Part shown: positions 1 to 8,918 of the stretch, piece after piece
Layout: the number at the start of each line of letters is the position of its first letter
Numbering within the stretch: the first letter of the stretch is position 1
From: Zygnema circumcarinatum SAG 698-1b
Lineage: Eukaryota > Plantae > Zygnematophyceae
Direction of reading: 5' to 3'
Assembly (NCBI GenBank): GCA_037447605.1
Contig: JBBHKD010000019.1
Location: 1 to 21,076 of the forward strand
DNA: 21,076 nt
Notes under the pieces: model-generated
The model's database searches: none
What the model was told of the DNA's origin: nothing
Seen by the model: the letters and a program-made list of their open reading frames with translations, nothing else
Program-made: the position numbers and the translations under genes

Positions 1-73
1 CCATCAGTACCCGGCCCACTGGCGCTTAGCTGCGGAGTTCTGATGGGATCGGTAGCCTGGAGCAGTGCGCTGC
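1..73 (-). rRNA. 5S rRNA gene copy 1 (degenerate, 3' part cut by window edge)
   Basis: Reverse complement reads ...CCAGGCTACCGATCCCATCAGAACTCCGCAGCTAAGCGCCAGTGGGCCGGGTACTGATGG, matching the plant 5S core GATCCCATCAGAACTCCGCAGTTAAGCG...TGGGC...GTACT.GGATGG; the 5' end is degenerate, so the +1 position is approximate. Confidence 0.85.
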
Positions 74-820
74 GTTAATACTGGCGTGCAAGTGTCACTG
101 CTGGTTTTTCTGTTTTCTTTTCTCCTTTCGAGAGGAAGACATCGGGGCCTTCCTTTGGCAATGGTTTGGTGGGATTGGCAATGGTTGGAGCGATGGCAAT
201 GGTTGTTTTGAGTCCGTCGCAATGGTTGGCAACCTCGAATTCAATGGTTGCAACCATTGGCAGCGGGTTTCCATGTTGCCAACGCATTGCCGCCGGCCTA
301 AACAGCGATCGCCAATGGTTGGCAACGCGGAATTGAAAGTGACGTGGTTGCCAATCGAAAAATAACCATTGCCAATGGTGCCATTACGCGGTGCAATGGT
401 ATGGTTGCAACCATTGGCATATCGTTAATTTGTTTTGTCCCGTCGCGTGGTTTGGAGGCTTAGCGGAATCGATGGTTGCAATGATGGGCGCGTTTCCGGC
501 GTTGCCAGCGGTACGCCAGCTAAACAACTATTGCCAATGGTTGGCAATCTTGGAATCAGGAGCGTGGCAATGGTTAGCAACAGTGAAAACCAGCCATTAC
601 CGCAATAGTTTACCGTAGGCAATGGTTGTGTCGGTCCCAGGGGCTGGCGACCGGTTTAACCATTTGGCAATTGCTTGTTTCGGACGGCTTGCCGAGAGAC
701 AAACAGTCCATGAGCGTCACCTTGTGGCGTCGACCAAACAGTCAAGAACAATGTCCAACATGATTGGTCACACCATGGAAATGTTGATGTTTGACCATTT
801 CAAAAATGAAAAGAAAGAGT

Positions 821-825
821 AAAAA
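821..825 (-). terminator. Pol III oligo-T terminator of 5S copy 2
   Basis: Plus-strand AAAAA at 821-825 is TTTTT on the minus strand ~5 nt after the 5S 3' end. The same CACACCTTTTT arrangement follows copy 3 (plus ~1671-1681). Confidence 0.7.
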
Positions 826-830
826 GGTGT

Positions 831-921
831 GGGTCGCGACACGGAACTTCCCCATCCCAGTATTCTGATACACAGAGCTGAGTTCTGATGGATCGGCGTA
901 GTAGCCTAGGTATGTCGCACC
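831..921 (-). pseudogene. 5S rRNA gene copy 2 (internally deleted, ~91 nt vs ~120 nt expected)
   Basis: Minus strand starts GGTGCGACATACCTAGGCTACTACGCCGATCCATCAGAACTC and ends GAATACTGGGATGGGAAGTTCCGTGTCGCGACCC. The 5' GGTGCGA is complementary to the 3' TCGC(G)ACC (helix I). The middle (A-box/helix III side and part of the C-box region) is shortened. Confidence 0.85.
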
Positions 922-1681
922 GTTAAATACCAGGGCGTGCAACCAGAACTTTGAGGCGGAACTTTCTGTTTCTTTCCTCCTTTAGAGGAAGACATCGGAC
1001 GCCTCCTTTAAATGATTTGGACCCGGTAATGGTTGGAGCAATTAGCAATGGTTTGTTCGATCCCGTCGCAATGGTTGGCAGCCTCGGAATTCAATGGTTT
1101 AACCATTGGCAATGGGTTTTCTTGCAGCCATTACGCCCGACCCCTAAACGATGTAGCCAATGGTTGGCAACCTTGGAATTGAAGGGGCAGCGGCGGCAAT
1201 GGTTTACCAATCAAAAACCATTGCCAATGGTGGCAACATACCGCGGTAATAGTATGGATTTACAACCGTGGCAATCGTTGTTTATTTTTGTCCGTCGCAA
1301 TGGTTGGCGACGCGGAATCACAGTGGTTGCAATGATGGGCTACGTTTTAAACGTTGCCAACCATTGCCTAAACAACTATTGCCAATGGTTGGCAATCTTG
1401 GAATTCAAGGGCCGGCGGGCGGCAATGGTTGGCAACATTGAAAACCAACCATTGCCAATGGTTGCAACCGTAGGCAATGGTTGTGTCGGTCCGGGCGGCG
1501 ATGGTTCCAACCATTTGGCAATTGCTGTTTCGGACCGGCTTGCCCATAGCCAAGCAGTCCGCCAATTCGGAACCGTTTGAAGGCAGCCAAGAACAGGTCA
1601 AGAACAATGTCCAACATGATTGGTCACACCATCGATGTTGATGTTTGACCGGTAAAATGGAAGAAAAATACAAAAAGGTGT

Positions 1682-1711
1682 GGGTGCGACACCGGGACTT
1701 TAGGGAAGGTA
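1682..1711 (-). pseudogene. 5S rRNA gene copy 3, 3' fragment only (interrupted by LTR)
   Basis: Minus strand ...AAGTCCCGGTGTCGCACCC followed by ACACCTTTTT. It lies 851 bp from the equivalent point of copy 2, and 5S similarity stops at ~1711. Confidence 0.75.
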
Positions 1712-1714
1712 TAT

Positions 1715-2730
1715 TGAATTAACAAAGTAGTTAAGGACTTTATTTGTACACTAAGTTGTTGGTACTTAAGTTCTAGAGGAATTTGTGCTCAAAATTGTCC
1801 CGGTGGAGGGGCGTCTGAGCGACCGTACAAAGTCTTTTAAGGGGTGTGCGTGGCACGCGAGTCTGATTTGGCAAGGCAAGGCATCAGTGTCGGTGGAGCC
1901 AATCAGTGGTACGACAGCCAGGACCTCAGATATTTTTGAGACATTGGTCGGTGGCGGCGCGGCGGTGGCGGAGTCGAATGTGACGTGGCGCGACGCGACA
2001 GATCCCAGTATTTGCGGCGCGAATCGGCGCGCGGGCAGGGCTGACAGGTACGGAGTCAGCAGTGGCCATGGCATTTGGAGGACAGTGGCGAATCCGGAAG
2101 GCGCCACATGTCGGGTGAAAGGGAAGGCCTGTACGGCCCCTAGGTCGGTGGCGCTGTGGGCTACGGGGTCCCACATGACGCCAAGTAATGAGGAGTCAGA
2201 TCACTACGGTGGAGGGACTCGGATGGAGATAGGCTGAGGCGGATCTGACGGCGTTATTGCTGGATCCGTGCAAGCTGAGGGAGGATCCGACGGCGCGGTG
2301 GGATCGAGGATAAGGGACAGCGCAAGGCGTAGCATGTGCGGCCGTGACGTGACAATGTCACTAATGGCATACTGTGTATTTAAGGAGTTGATTGTTTGGT
2401 AGGATTAACCCTTCTCGTGACTCATTGGCAGTGAGGCTATCAACTTAAGACCCAAGGAGATAGTGGGAAGAGTTCAGCTTGTGAGTGGGTGGTTTATTCA
2501 CGTAGCTTAGTAGAGGTGCTTGGAAGCTTGGCTCTGAATGTTGTCAAGTTGTATTTCCTTTATCTTAGGAGTTTTAGGCTGGTGGCTTTCTCCTTACATT
2601 TTCTATTTCCGCTGAGTTGTTCTCTTGCATTTGGTGTGCTTTGTGTGATTGAGCAATTCATTGAAGATGTCGAGTTCTACCCAAGGTAGAGGAGAAGTGG
2701 CGACCCCACCAAGGGGAGGCTGCAGCAACA
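1715..2730 (+). mobile_element. Ty1/copia 5' LTR (LTR family A, copy A1)
   Basis: Ends ...GCAGCAACA at 2730, followed by a degenerate tRNA-iMet PBS (GTATTATCAGAG vs TGGTATCAGAG) and copia gag. It is homologous in reverse complement to 3432-4431 and more distantly to 18902-19855. The 5' boundary (TG at 1715) is approximate. Confidence 0.7.
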
Positions 2731-2731
2731 A

Positions 2732-2743
2732 GTATTATCAGAG
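2732..2743 (+). other. Degenerate primer-binding site (tRNA-iMet type)
   Basis: GTATTATCAGAG directly after the LTR end CAACA resembles the canonical TGGTATCAGAGC. Confidence 0.5.
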
Positions 2744-2750
2744 AGGGAAG

Positions 2751-3289
2751 GCGTAGAAGTTTACCATTCCAACTTTCGATGGGAAGAACACAAGCGGTGG
2801 AAGTTTAGCATACTTTCCGCAGTCTGAGAACAAGCATTTTGTTGGGGTATGTGAATGGCTCCATTGTGGCCCCGATTAAGATTAATCCACTTGAGTATGA
2901 GAAGTGGAGGGTTAAGTTAAAGGTTAGGACCCTGCTTTGTGCTGGCGTTAGTGAGGAACCTGAGACCTGATTTGAGTTAAAGGCATTTCGGAGATGTGGG
3001 ATACTCTAGAGAAGATTTATGATGTGGTAGATAATGCCAGTGTAGTGTATCTCTACACGGAGCTTGGAAAACTCTGTTTGGATTCAGGGGAGGAGCTGAA
3101 AGACTATGTGATCAAGTTTGATAATCTGATGCAAAAGTTTAATGGGATGAAGCAGCCCCTTCACTTGGATTCCAAGATTAGTCTATTCCTTGGAGGCTTG
3201 CCGGATAGATTTGACCCTACTTGCACTGCTCTACGAACTCAGCTTTCCACGACTAAGATGACCTTTGAGCAGGTCAAGGGGAGAGTGGT
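2751..3289 (+). mobile_element. Ty1/copia gag fragment (Retrotran_gag_2/UBN2-like), disrupted and cut by the N gap
   Basis: KFTIPTFDGKN at the start (copia gag N-terminal FDGKN-like motif). ORF 2994-3305 WDTLEKIY...LYTELGKLCLDSGEELKDYVIKFDNL...LFLGGLPDRFD matches the copia gag pattern. Confidence 0.8.
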
Positions 3290-3299
3290 NNNNNNNNNN
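3290..3299. other. Assembly gap (10 N)
   Basis: Run of 10 N in the sequence. Confidence 1.
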
Positions 3300-3300
3300 A

Positions 3301-3390
3301 ACTAACAAAGTTAGCGTCTGCCCCAATATCTAGCAGTATCACTGCAGGGTGGCCATTGGCTGACCCGGTGAAGGTCATTGCACGATGGGC
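3301..3390 (-). mobile_element. Ty3/gypsy aspartic protease active-site fragment
   Basis: Minus-strand translation AMTFTGSANGHPAVILLDIGADANFVS matches the retropepsin motif (G.ING....LLD.GA..NF.S); truncated at the gap. Confidence 0.75.
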
Positions 3391-3431
3391 AAGATGGAAC
3401 ATGGATCGCACTATATGCAAGGGGTGAGGAC

Positions 3432-4431
3432 TGTTGTTGCAGCGCCCTCCCTTGGTGGGGCTGCCACTTCTCCTCTACCCTAGGTAGAACTCGACATCTT
3501 CAATGAATTGCTCAATCACACAAAGCACGCTAAATGCAAGAGAACAACTCAGCGGAAATATGAAAATGTAAGGAGAAAGCCACCAGCCTAAAACTCCTTA
3601 AGATAAAGATGAAATACAACTTGACAACACTAGAGCCAAGCTTCAAGCACCTCTCTCAAGCTACGTGAATAAACCACCCACTACAAGCTGAACTCTTCCC
3701 ACTATCTCCTTGGCCCTAAGCAAGACAGCCTCACTCCCAATGTGAGTCACGAGAAGGTTAACTTCTACCAAACAATCTAAGCCTTAAATACAATATGGCG
3801 CCATTAGTGACATTGTCACGTCACGGCCGCACATGCTACGCCTTGCAAGACCCTTATCCCGATCCTAATCTCGCGTCGTTGGATCCTCGTCAGCTTGCAC
3901 GGATCCAGCACATCAATGCCGTCAGATCCGCCTCAGCCTTATCTCCATCCGAGTCCTCCACCGTAGGATCTGACTCCTCATTACTTGGCGTCTTGGGACC
4001 CCGTAAGCCTGGCGCTACGGCCTAGGCGTGCAGGCCTTCAATTTAACCCGACCGTGGCGCCTTCCGGTGTGCGCATTAACCAATGAATCATTCGCGACTC
4101 CGTACCTTGTCGGTTACGCTCCGTCGCGCTGATTCGCGCCGCGTCACTTCTCGATTTGTCGGCGTCGCGCCACGTCTATCGACTCCGCCACGCCGGCGCC
4201 GCTCACCGACCAATGTCCGTACATTGAGGTCTGGCCTTACAATCATTACCCAGCGATTGGCTCCACGACGTGCGATGCCTTGCCTTGCCATCCGGACTCT
4301 CGCTATCACGCACACCCCTTAAGACTTGTACGGTCGCTGAAACCCCTCGTACAATGTGGACGCTTTTGAGCACACACCTCTTTGGGGAACTTAGTACCAG
4401 CAACGGTGCAACAAGTCGCGGCTGCTTTACA
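3432..4431 (-). mobile_element. Copia LTR family A, probable solo LTR (copy A2) inside the gypsy gag-pol
   Basis: Reverse complement of A1 (e.g. 3855-3945 vs 2237-2300; 3480-3530 vs 2640-2695). Ends CAACA on the minus strand at 3432, with no PBS or gag after it. No target-site duplication found; the right boundary is approximate. Confidence 0.7.
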
Positions 4432-4449
4432 CTAGCGGGGCAGAGCCGT

Positions 4450-5690
4450 GTCCTCCACACCAAGGTGTAGGGGGATCCAACCAGTGAACTGGTGGATCCT
4501 TCCATCGTCTGCACTAGCTTATGCCCTTTCCTCAGCTGTTTCACCAACCGCCAGTTGGCGTTGGGAAAAGTGCGAACTGCCAAGTGCTGAGGAACCAGCA
4601 CATGCAGCCCAAGGATGTGGGAAGTATCCCGCAAGACAAGCAAGGCATCCATGGCACATCTCATCAAGACATCATCCCCCATAACATTGAGAATTGAAAC
4701 ATGCCACTGGCCACGCATCATTACATCCATAAACCTGAGGGAGTCACCCGCGATTGGCGGGGACATGGAATCCGAAGCTGCTTATGACACACAGAATCAT
4801 TGTTGCACCCCAAGGTCTGCCCAACAAGTTAAGAATGTCCGTGGACCTAAGCCACAAAAGTCCCTTAACATTGACGGCAACTGTTCTCCCATCCCCTAAC
4901 CTGCTTACTCCACCAGCAGCGACTCCTAAACTGCTGGTGGGTTGGGGTTTTCCGGCCCCTTGCCCTTCCTGTCCTTGGAGTTCAGAGGGCAATCCCGGGC
5001 CTTGTGCCCCTCCTTGCGGCAGCGGAAACACTTGTTCTCCCGCTGCATCTTCTCCATTTCCTGCAGGTGTTCAACCTGCGGCCATGCGGTGGGTGGGCGT
5101 GCAGCCACTTCCACGTTTGCCCGACTTATTCTTTCACCTTAAATACTTGGCAGGTCTTTGAAAGTCGCCTTCCGACCGTCCGCGTCGCCCGACCTCTGGG
5201 GTCGGGGAAGGACTACATGCGCTGCGGTGGTGTCCAACCTGAATGTTTGCACATCAAAGTGCATTCGAGTGTGGGGTCCCCGCAGGTTTTGATCCGTGGG
5301 TTGGATTACTTGGCTTGCTTCCTCAGTGTGGCTTCAAGCCATTCACGAAGTGGAAAAAAGAACTTCCTTTGTCTAGGCTTGTGAGTGGTATTTGGGGCAC
5401 CACTTGTCGCGAGGTCTCATGGCTTGCTTGGCTACCGGTTTGGACAATGATGCGAAACTTATCCCAGGCCTCCAAGCGGGATCAGGCCCAAAGTGTTTGA
5501 TAAGTTCATGCAGACCTTCCCAATCGTCCCAATCTCATCGGAGAGGCCCTCATTGCCAACAAGCACCTTTACTGGCGGTACTCTGAAGAGTCTAAGTGTC
5601 AGAGGAGAGGGCGTGAGCTCAATGCTGGTACAAAAAGGCTTCGGATGGTCTCCCCTCGGCACCAGCCCCGGAAGCTCCCCCTTGAACCCC
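4450..5690 (-). mobile_element. Decayed Ty3/gypsy gag with CCHC zinc knuckle
   Basis: Minus-strand pieces WEGLHELIKHFGPDP, DKFRIIVQTGS and FFHFVNGLKP fit Retrotrans_gag; zinc knuckle CFRCRKEGHKARDC at 4989-5030; multiple frameshifts and stops. Confidence 0.75.
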
Positions 5691-6181
5691 TACTAGCATG
5701 GAGGACCGGGGAGGTTGCCCAATGAGAGCCACGCCCCGGCGTGGCGGCGAGATCCTTAGCCGAGTTGCTCGGGCGAGGACAAGCCGATGGTCTACCGCCC
5801 ATCTCGCGGTAGCGTCGGGGTGGCCCGGCGCCCGTCGTCTTGGCCGGCGCCGCGGCTAGAATGCAGCGGTCGGACGCAATGCGACCCGTCCCGTCACGAT
5901 CTGGGGCCGGTACTTATCAAAGATGCGCGCATCACTGGCGAATTACAGCGCCGCCCGGCTGGCCGGCGTCGCGGCGGCGTGGCAAATCTCTGGTCGCGGG
6001 GATGGTATGCGATTAGATCAAACATAATACGGTGGGGCCGATCTGATCAAAAGGTCAACACCCAGCCACAAAGGATGCGAGCCCAAGACCTCTACGGTCT
6101 TGGCGTCCTAACCTATCCACGCCCGGGCGAGATGAAGGGATAGTCATAGTATCACTATGAGTACGCCTCCAGGGTCACGCT

Positions 6182-6900
6182 GTGTCACAACTAAAATCTA
6201 GCCCCTTCAGCCGTGCGCGGAATTACACTTCAGGGTTCAGCAAAGAGAGGGAGAGAGCGAGAGAGAGAGAGAGAGAGCGCTTCCGAGTGGGGAGCAGCCC
6301 CTGAAGGGCGTGCCACCGTATGCCGGTATGTTGGTTGGGTGGCGACAGTCACCCACATATACCTTCCCCGTTGAACCTCTACCGGCGCGGATTGGAGCCG
6401 GTACGTCAATGGCAAAAGAAGCGCCACGTGTCCCTCTCGACGCATGGAGTGAGGGTACCCTGCTGTCTGAGGAATGCTGCGCCGCATTCAGTAGCGCGCC
6501 GGCATGGCCAGCTATATCGGTGCGCGATTACGAACCCTACGTAGCGGCGGCGGGCCGACCGGCAGTCCTGTCCGATACCATCGGGTAACAAGATTCGCAT
6601 CGCGGACGGACGGCCGAAATTCAAAAAGGGGATCGGGCGTGGCCAGATCAATCAGCGGAGGACGGATTGGTCCGTGGTGCCGATCGCCTGTGATCCTCCT
6701 CCTGGCGAGAGGAGGGACCTTGACCGGTGGCGTGGGGCCCATGGGGTATGGCGGCCGGTTGGAACCGATTCTTAAGGTTCGAACCTAGGACCTCCCTCGT
6801 CCTATAGGGTATCCGATGCTTTAACCGTTAGGTACTGCATTGGATGGAAACATAAAGCCACGCCCGGCTCTAAGTAAACCTTAGGGTATTTGTAGCGTTT
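6182..6900 (-). mobile_element. LTR family B copy B1 (probable 5' LTR of the gypsy element), with (GA)n tract at ~6245-6278
   Basis: Reverse complement of 19926-20659 (e.g. GGTTCGAACCTAGGACCTCC...TATAGGGTATCCGATGC...CCGTTAGGTACTGCATTGGATG shared). Begins TGTCACAAC on plus and lies upstream of the minus-strand gag. No clear PBS seen. Confidence 0.65.
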
Positions 6901-6925
6901 GGCTGTTTCTCCCCATTGAAGATAA

Positions 6926-8096
6926 TGAGCGCCCTGCGTTCCGCGTGTGTGAAGGTAGTAAAGGCATTTCTAAGTAGTTTCCAGCGTACGCGTCGAACTC
7001 CTGCGTGATAACCCGGGAGGGCTCGGCGATAATCGGTCAAGTCCTTTCGAGGATTCTTGGCGGCCGTGAAGAAGAGCTAATTTTCGGTAGGTTGCAGCAA
7101 CAATGCTTTGGGAAGCCTTGCTTTCTATTGACTCACCAGCGAAATAAAAATGTTTATATGGCTGCACAAAGCAGAAACTTCATTAGGTTTCCATTACGAA
7201 CCATACGCTCCTGGTGGACATTACTTTTGAGTTGACAATGTTTCCTTTTCTAGCCAGAAAACAGACTCTAGGCAATCGACCACTCGTAAAATCTCTTGTA
7301 ACAAAGAGCTTGACAAAATATTTTTGCAATTACAATCAGTTGGCATACTTCCATCTTCATAAAACTTAGGCTACAACCTTCCCACTACCATGTAAAGATG
7401 ATGACAAAAACATGATTACAGAACTACGATAACAAGCTCCAGAGTAGATTGCTTGAACATGAGACTGTTTTCACAACACTCGAGTCATCAGGCTGTCATA
7501 TGTCGTCAGACTTTTCTAGTGTTGGTATGGAAATTCTTCACAATGTTGTAAACATATCGTCGTAAATATCGTAATTGCTGGCATTACATAATGAAGGAAC
7601 ATACCTATCTGCCTTCTTGAAAAGTAATCATCCGTTTTGACTATCAGACATATGCCATATGGACCAAAGCTCGAGTATTGTATTTTTGATTTTTCAGCCT
7701 TTGGGCGCTTCCTGAGCTTCTATCCATATAGTTCAGCTTCTCTCTCAAGGATGCTGCACTAGACTCAAGCGTACAACGTGCAGAGTGAAGGGCAAAACTT
7801 CCAAACTTGAAATGGCTTATGGAAGGATGGGACGGCCAGGACAGAGGAAACCCCTTAGTCACGCAGAAGAGGCGCACTATGGATCCTTCGGTACTGATGT
7901 CATCTTGATTGGGCTAAATGAAGAGGATAATGTAAATGACAAGGAGTGCAGATCACCCGATTGCATAAAGCGATTCCCCACGAAAAGGTCTGAAATAGCA
8001 AGTGCGACAACTGCCGATGTGATGTCTTGGGTTGTATTAATTTGTGTAATGGAAAATGGGAGTAATAACTATTTCTGCTCACAAAGAAATCGCTAG
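6926..8096 (+). CDS. Possible unidentified multi-exon gene or gene remnant
   Basis: Short open frames bounded by splice-like sites: ATG 6926; donor TTCG|GTAGGT ~7087; acceptor-led frames FHYEPYAPGGHYF (~7177) and NYDNKLQSRLLEHETVF... (~7422); 103-aa ORF 7785-8096. No family recognised and no intact model can be built. Confidence 0.25.
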
Positions 8097-8565
8097 GTCT
8101 TGTAACCAGTGGAGCAGTAGATTAAACCCCGGCAAGCAGTAAGAAATGCATGATCCTTTTTGCTTTTTGATTCATTTATTTGAGCAGGCTGTTCTGTTTG
8201 ATTTTCTCTCGTCCTTATGTTCCCTTACATTTGACGGGCTTAATATCTTTCTTTCTTTCATTTTACGCATTTTCCAAAACCTATTTTCCTATTTAAACGG
8301 CTTGTTAGAAACTCCGATGACATTAGTATCGTCCAGATTGCTGCCACTTTTCGTTGTCGGTGCATTTCACTAATGCAGCGATGACAAGCTGATATATTTG
8401 TATACTTTGTAGACATCAAACCTAATTGAAATGGAGAGAGTATTTACATCAGCTATGTTCTTCACTCAGATACTTCAAGTTAGTTTTCCTCTGGTCTTTC
8501 ACGTCATTGAATAGAACAAGCTTGCCGCCTTACAGGCACAGTTGCTTAATTTATAGGGGGCTCAC

Positions 8566-8918
8566 ATGCACTTTAGCTTCAATAACCCTTGCTCATGCGG
8601 ATCGTTTTGAGCAAAGATAAAGAAGATGTCCCAGCCAGCCTCCACAGCCGTCATCACTTCCTTGCTCCTCGTCGACACCCATACACTCTTTTCTCGGGCT
8701 GCTTCTGACTGCTCCCTATTCGTAGCTGGAGTAGACTGAGCTGCAGAAATAGCCTCTCTCCTTGGCACAGTTTCAAACATTGCTCTGATGTTTTTTAAAC
8801 AGCAATTTCCAAAGGGTTTCTTGCAATAAAGCGAGCGTGTTGGAGAAACAAGAGACCTTCGAGTAAAAGCATTCCGGCAGGCATTGAAGGCAGGGCTTGT
8901 CTGTGCGACAGAGGCCAT
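8566..8918 (-). CDS. Exon 1 of a plastid-targeted type-II (archaeal-type, PF01959-like) 3-dehydroquinate synthase homolog; remainder not found
   Basis: GCCATGG start; Ser/Thr/Arg-rich transit-peptide-like N-terminus; KSVWVSTRSKEVMTAVEAGWDIFFIF matches the plant DHQS-II N-terminal motif K.VW.WT..K.VMT.AVE.GW..F.F; GTGAG donor at 8565. Confidence 0.7.

Larger units (their letters stand above)
1..1711. repeat. 5S rDNA tandem array, ~850-bp unit with motif-rich spacer
   Basis: Spacer 74-820 aligns by eye with 922-1670 (e.g. GAGGAAGACATCGG at ~132 and ~986; GAACAATGTCCAACATGATTGGTCACACC at ~746 and ~1602). Equivalent 5S landmarks are 848-851 bp apart. Confidence 0.85.

Noticed and set aside
75-1673. 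ORFs rich in MVG/NHC/QWL in the first 1.7 kb (including 209 aa at 951-1580)
   Set aside because: They are translations of the CAATGGTTG motif in the 5S spacer; no protein family features.
1-1711. Cassandra TRIM (5S-bearing LTR element) as the explanation for the 5S-like sequence
   Set aside because: The copies retain both helix-I ends and a downstream oligo-T terminator, and sit in ~850-bp head-to-tail units without PBS/PPT, fitting a true 5S array better; not fully excluded without a Repbase comparison.
1766-2689. ORFs within LTR A1 (and equivalents in A2, B1 and B2)
   Set aside because: They fall within repeated LTR sequence, are not conserved in frame between copies, and have no recognisable domains.
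4448-4684. Chromodomain in RWEKCELPSAEE (plus strand)
   Set aside because: It lies antisense to the gypsy gag-pol and between gag and protease, not after integrase; the aromatic cage residues are not convincingly present.
7760-7810. GSFALHSARCTLES (minus strand) as the DHQS-II GSFARGLFLVHSECLES motif
   Set aside because: Only a partial match, and the flanking GDRVCVD/GEGLLV and RPFRVNAG motifs are absent; likely chance.
8146-8373. Hydrophobic 75-aa ORF as a membrane protein
   Set aside because: The T-rich sequence explains the Phe/Leu bias; it looks like intron or UTR composition.
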